Positions 63,304-64,000 of a stretch of 64,000 bases of DNA are shown one piece after another. The notes under the pieces were generated by a model. It saw only the letters and a list, made by a program, of their open reading frames with translations, was not told where the DNA came from and did not search any database. Every line of letters starts with the position of its first letter. Within the stretch, counting starts at the first letter, position 1. Made by a program: the position numbers and the translations under genes. The DNA lies in the NCBI GenBank assembly GCA_003971905.1, contig RSEE01000069.1, forward strand, positions 186,001-250,000, in the 5' to 3' direction. The stretch is from Moniliella sp. 'wahieum'. Taxonomy: Eukaryota.

Positions 63304-63968
63304 TCATGGCTCGGCCTCCAGGCCGGCACCATAGAGGGTGATCCGGCCAAAGCTGTCGGTGCTACCGTGCAGAGTTAGGCGGAACGTCGACGCAGTTTCA
63401 GAGGGAAGCCCACTCAATCTGAAGATTCCAAGGACCAGAATAACAGTCAGTAATCGGACCCTCAACCACCCTCCCAAGCCCATCGACACGCCTGGCTCGT
63501 TGTGAGCAGCACCGTCACAGGGACAGAGGCAAAGATGATCGCTCCAATGGGGCACAGCAAGGCGGAGAAAACATACCCAAACGATTGCGTCGCATTGCTG
63601 TCCTCGGGCCAGACCTCGGCCAAGTCGGTCCATGAGCCGTGTACCCTGGCGGAAAGGGTGGCGCTAATGGCGCTATACCCCCCTTGAAACGTCAAGGAGA
63701 GCGCCTTGAGCCGGGGAAGGGCGACTGCCAACGTGGCTTCCGGTAGGTCGTCAGGTACCTCGTCCAACTCGTCCAGTTCTTCTTCGCTGTCTGGGTCGGT
63801 GTCGGGAGGACGGAGGGTGAACCAGAGGGTATGCACCACAGAGGACGGATCGAGCTCTGAAGCCGGGTCGCCAGCTGACGTCCAGGACGTCTCTGGCGAA
63901 TCGTCGACGAGGGTCTTAGCTTCGCTCGCCGATCCGGACGATACCCTGATCATGCACACACACCACAT
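63304..63968 (-). CDS. NR2C2-associated protein-like (galactose-binding-like fold); 5' end may lie beyond the window
   Basis: RVSS..LVDDSPETSWTS, LTFQGGYS, WPEDSNATQSF, STDSFGRITLY. Confidence 0.75.
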
Positions 63969-64000
63969 CGGTCAGTGCGGGCATTGTATACATTGCATCT

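Noticed and set aside
333..63968. Mass pseudogenisation or programmed frameshifting
   Set aside because: Frameshifts hit essential genes (VMA1, RPL33, PDI1, GPI10) at arbitrary positions while protein motifs stay intact. This is typical of long-read consensus indel errors.

Overview
Eukaryotic, GC-rich, intron-poor fungal DNA. It is most likely a basidiomycete: it carries a DUF6533-type protein, a fungal heparinase II/III-like lyase and short GT..CTRAC..YAG introns. Nearly every gene has several 1-nt frameshifts, including essential ones, so the window looks like an unpolished long-read consensus rather than pseudogenes, and CDS boundaries are approximate. Genes in order: DUF6533-like membrane protein, ferric reductase-like protein, DHA1 MFS transporter, coiled-coil unknown, DOHH/LIA1, alpha/beta hydrolase, RPL6, RPL33, GPI10, then a ~12 kb gene-free lower-GC island, then an HMG-box TF, MIF2/CENP-C, VMA1, ELP3, CK2-beta, an unknown, a heparinase II/III-like lyase, intron-containing tRNA-Ile(AAT), a Tbf1/TRF-like Myb protein, PDI1 and an NR2C2AP-like gene. 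Four things stand out. (1) A complete non-coding LTR-I-LTR-I-LTR mini-retroelement with a 5-bp TSD and an unusual primer site. (2) A 3-kb nested foldback relic. (3) A window-wide intergenic pattern of period-7 repeats, each a different A....T palindromic hexamer plus one base. (4) A spliceosomal intron in VMA1 at the position of the yeast VDE intein.
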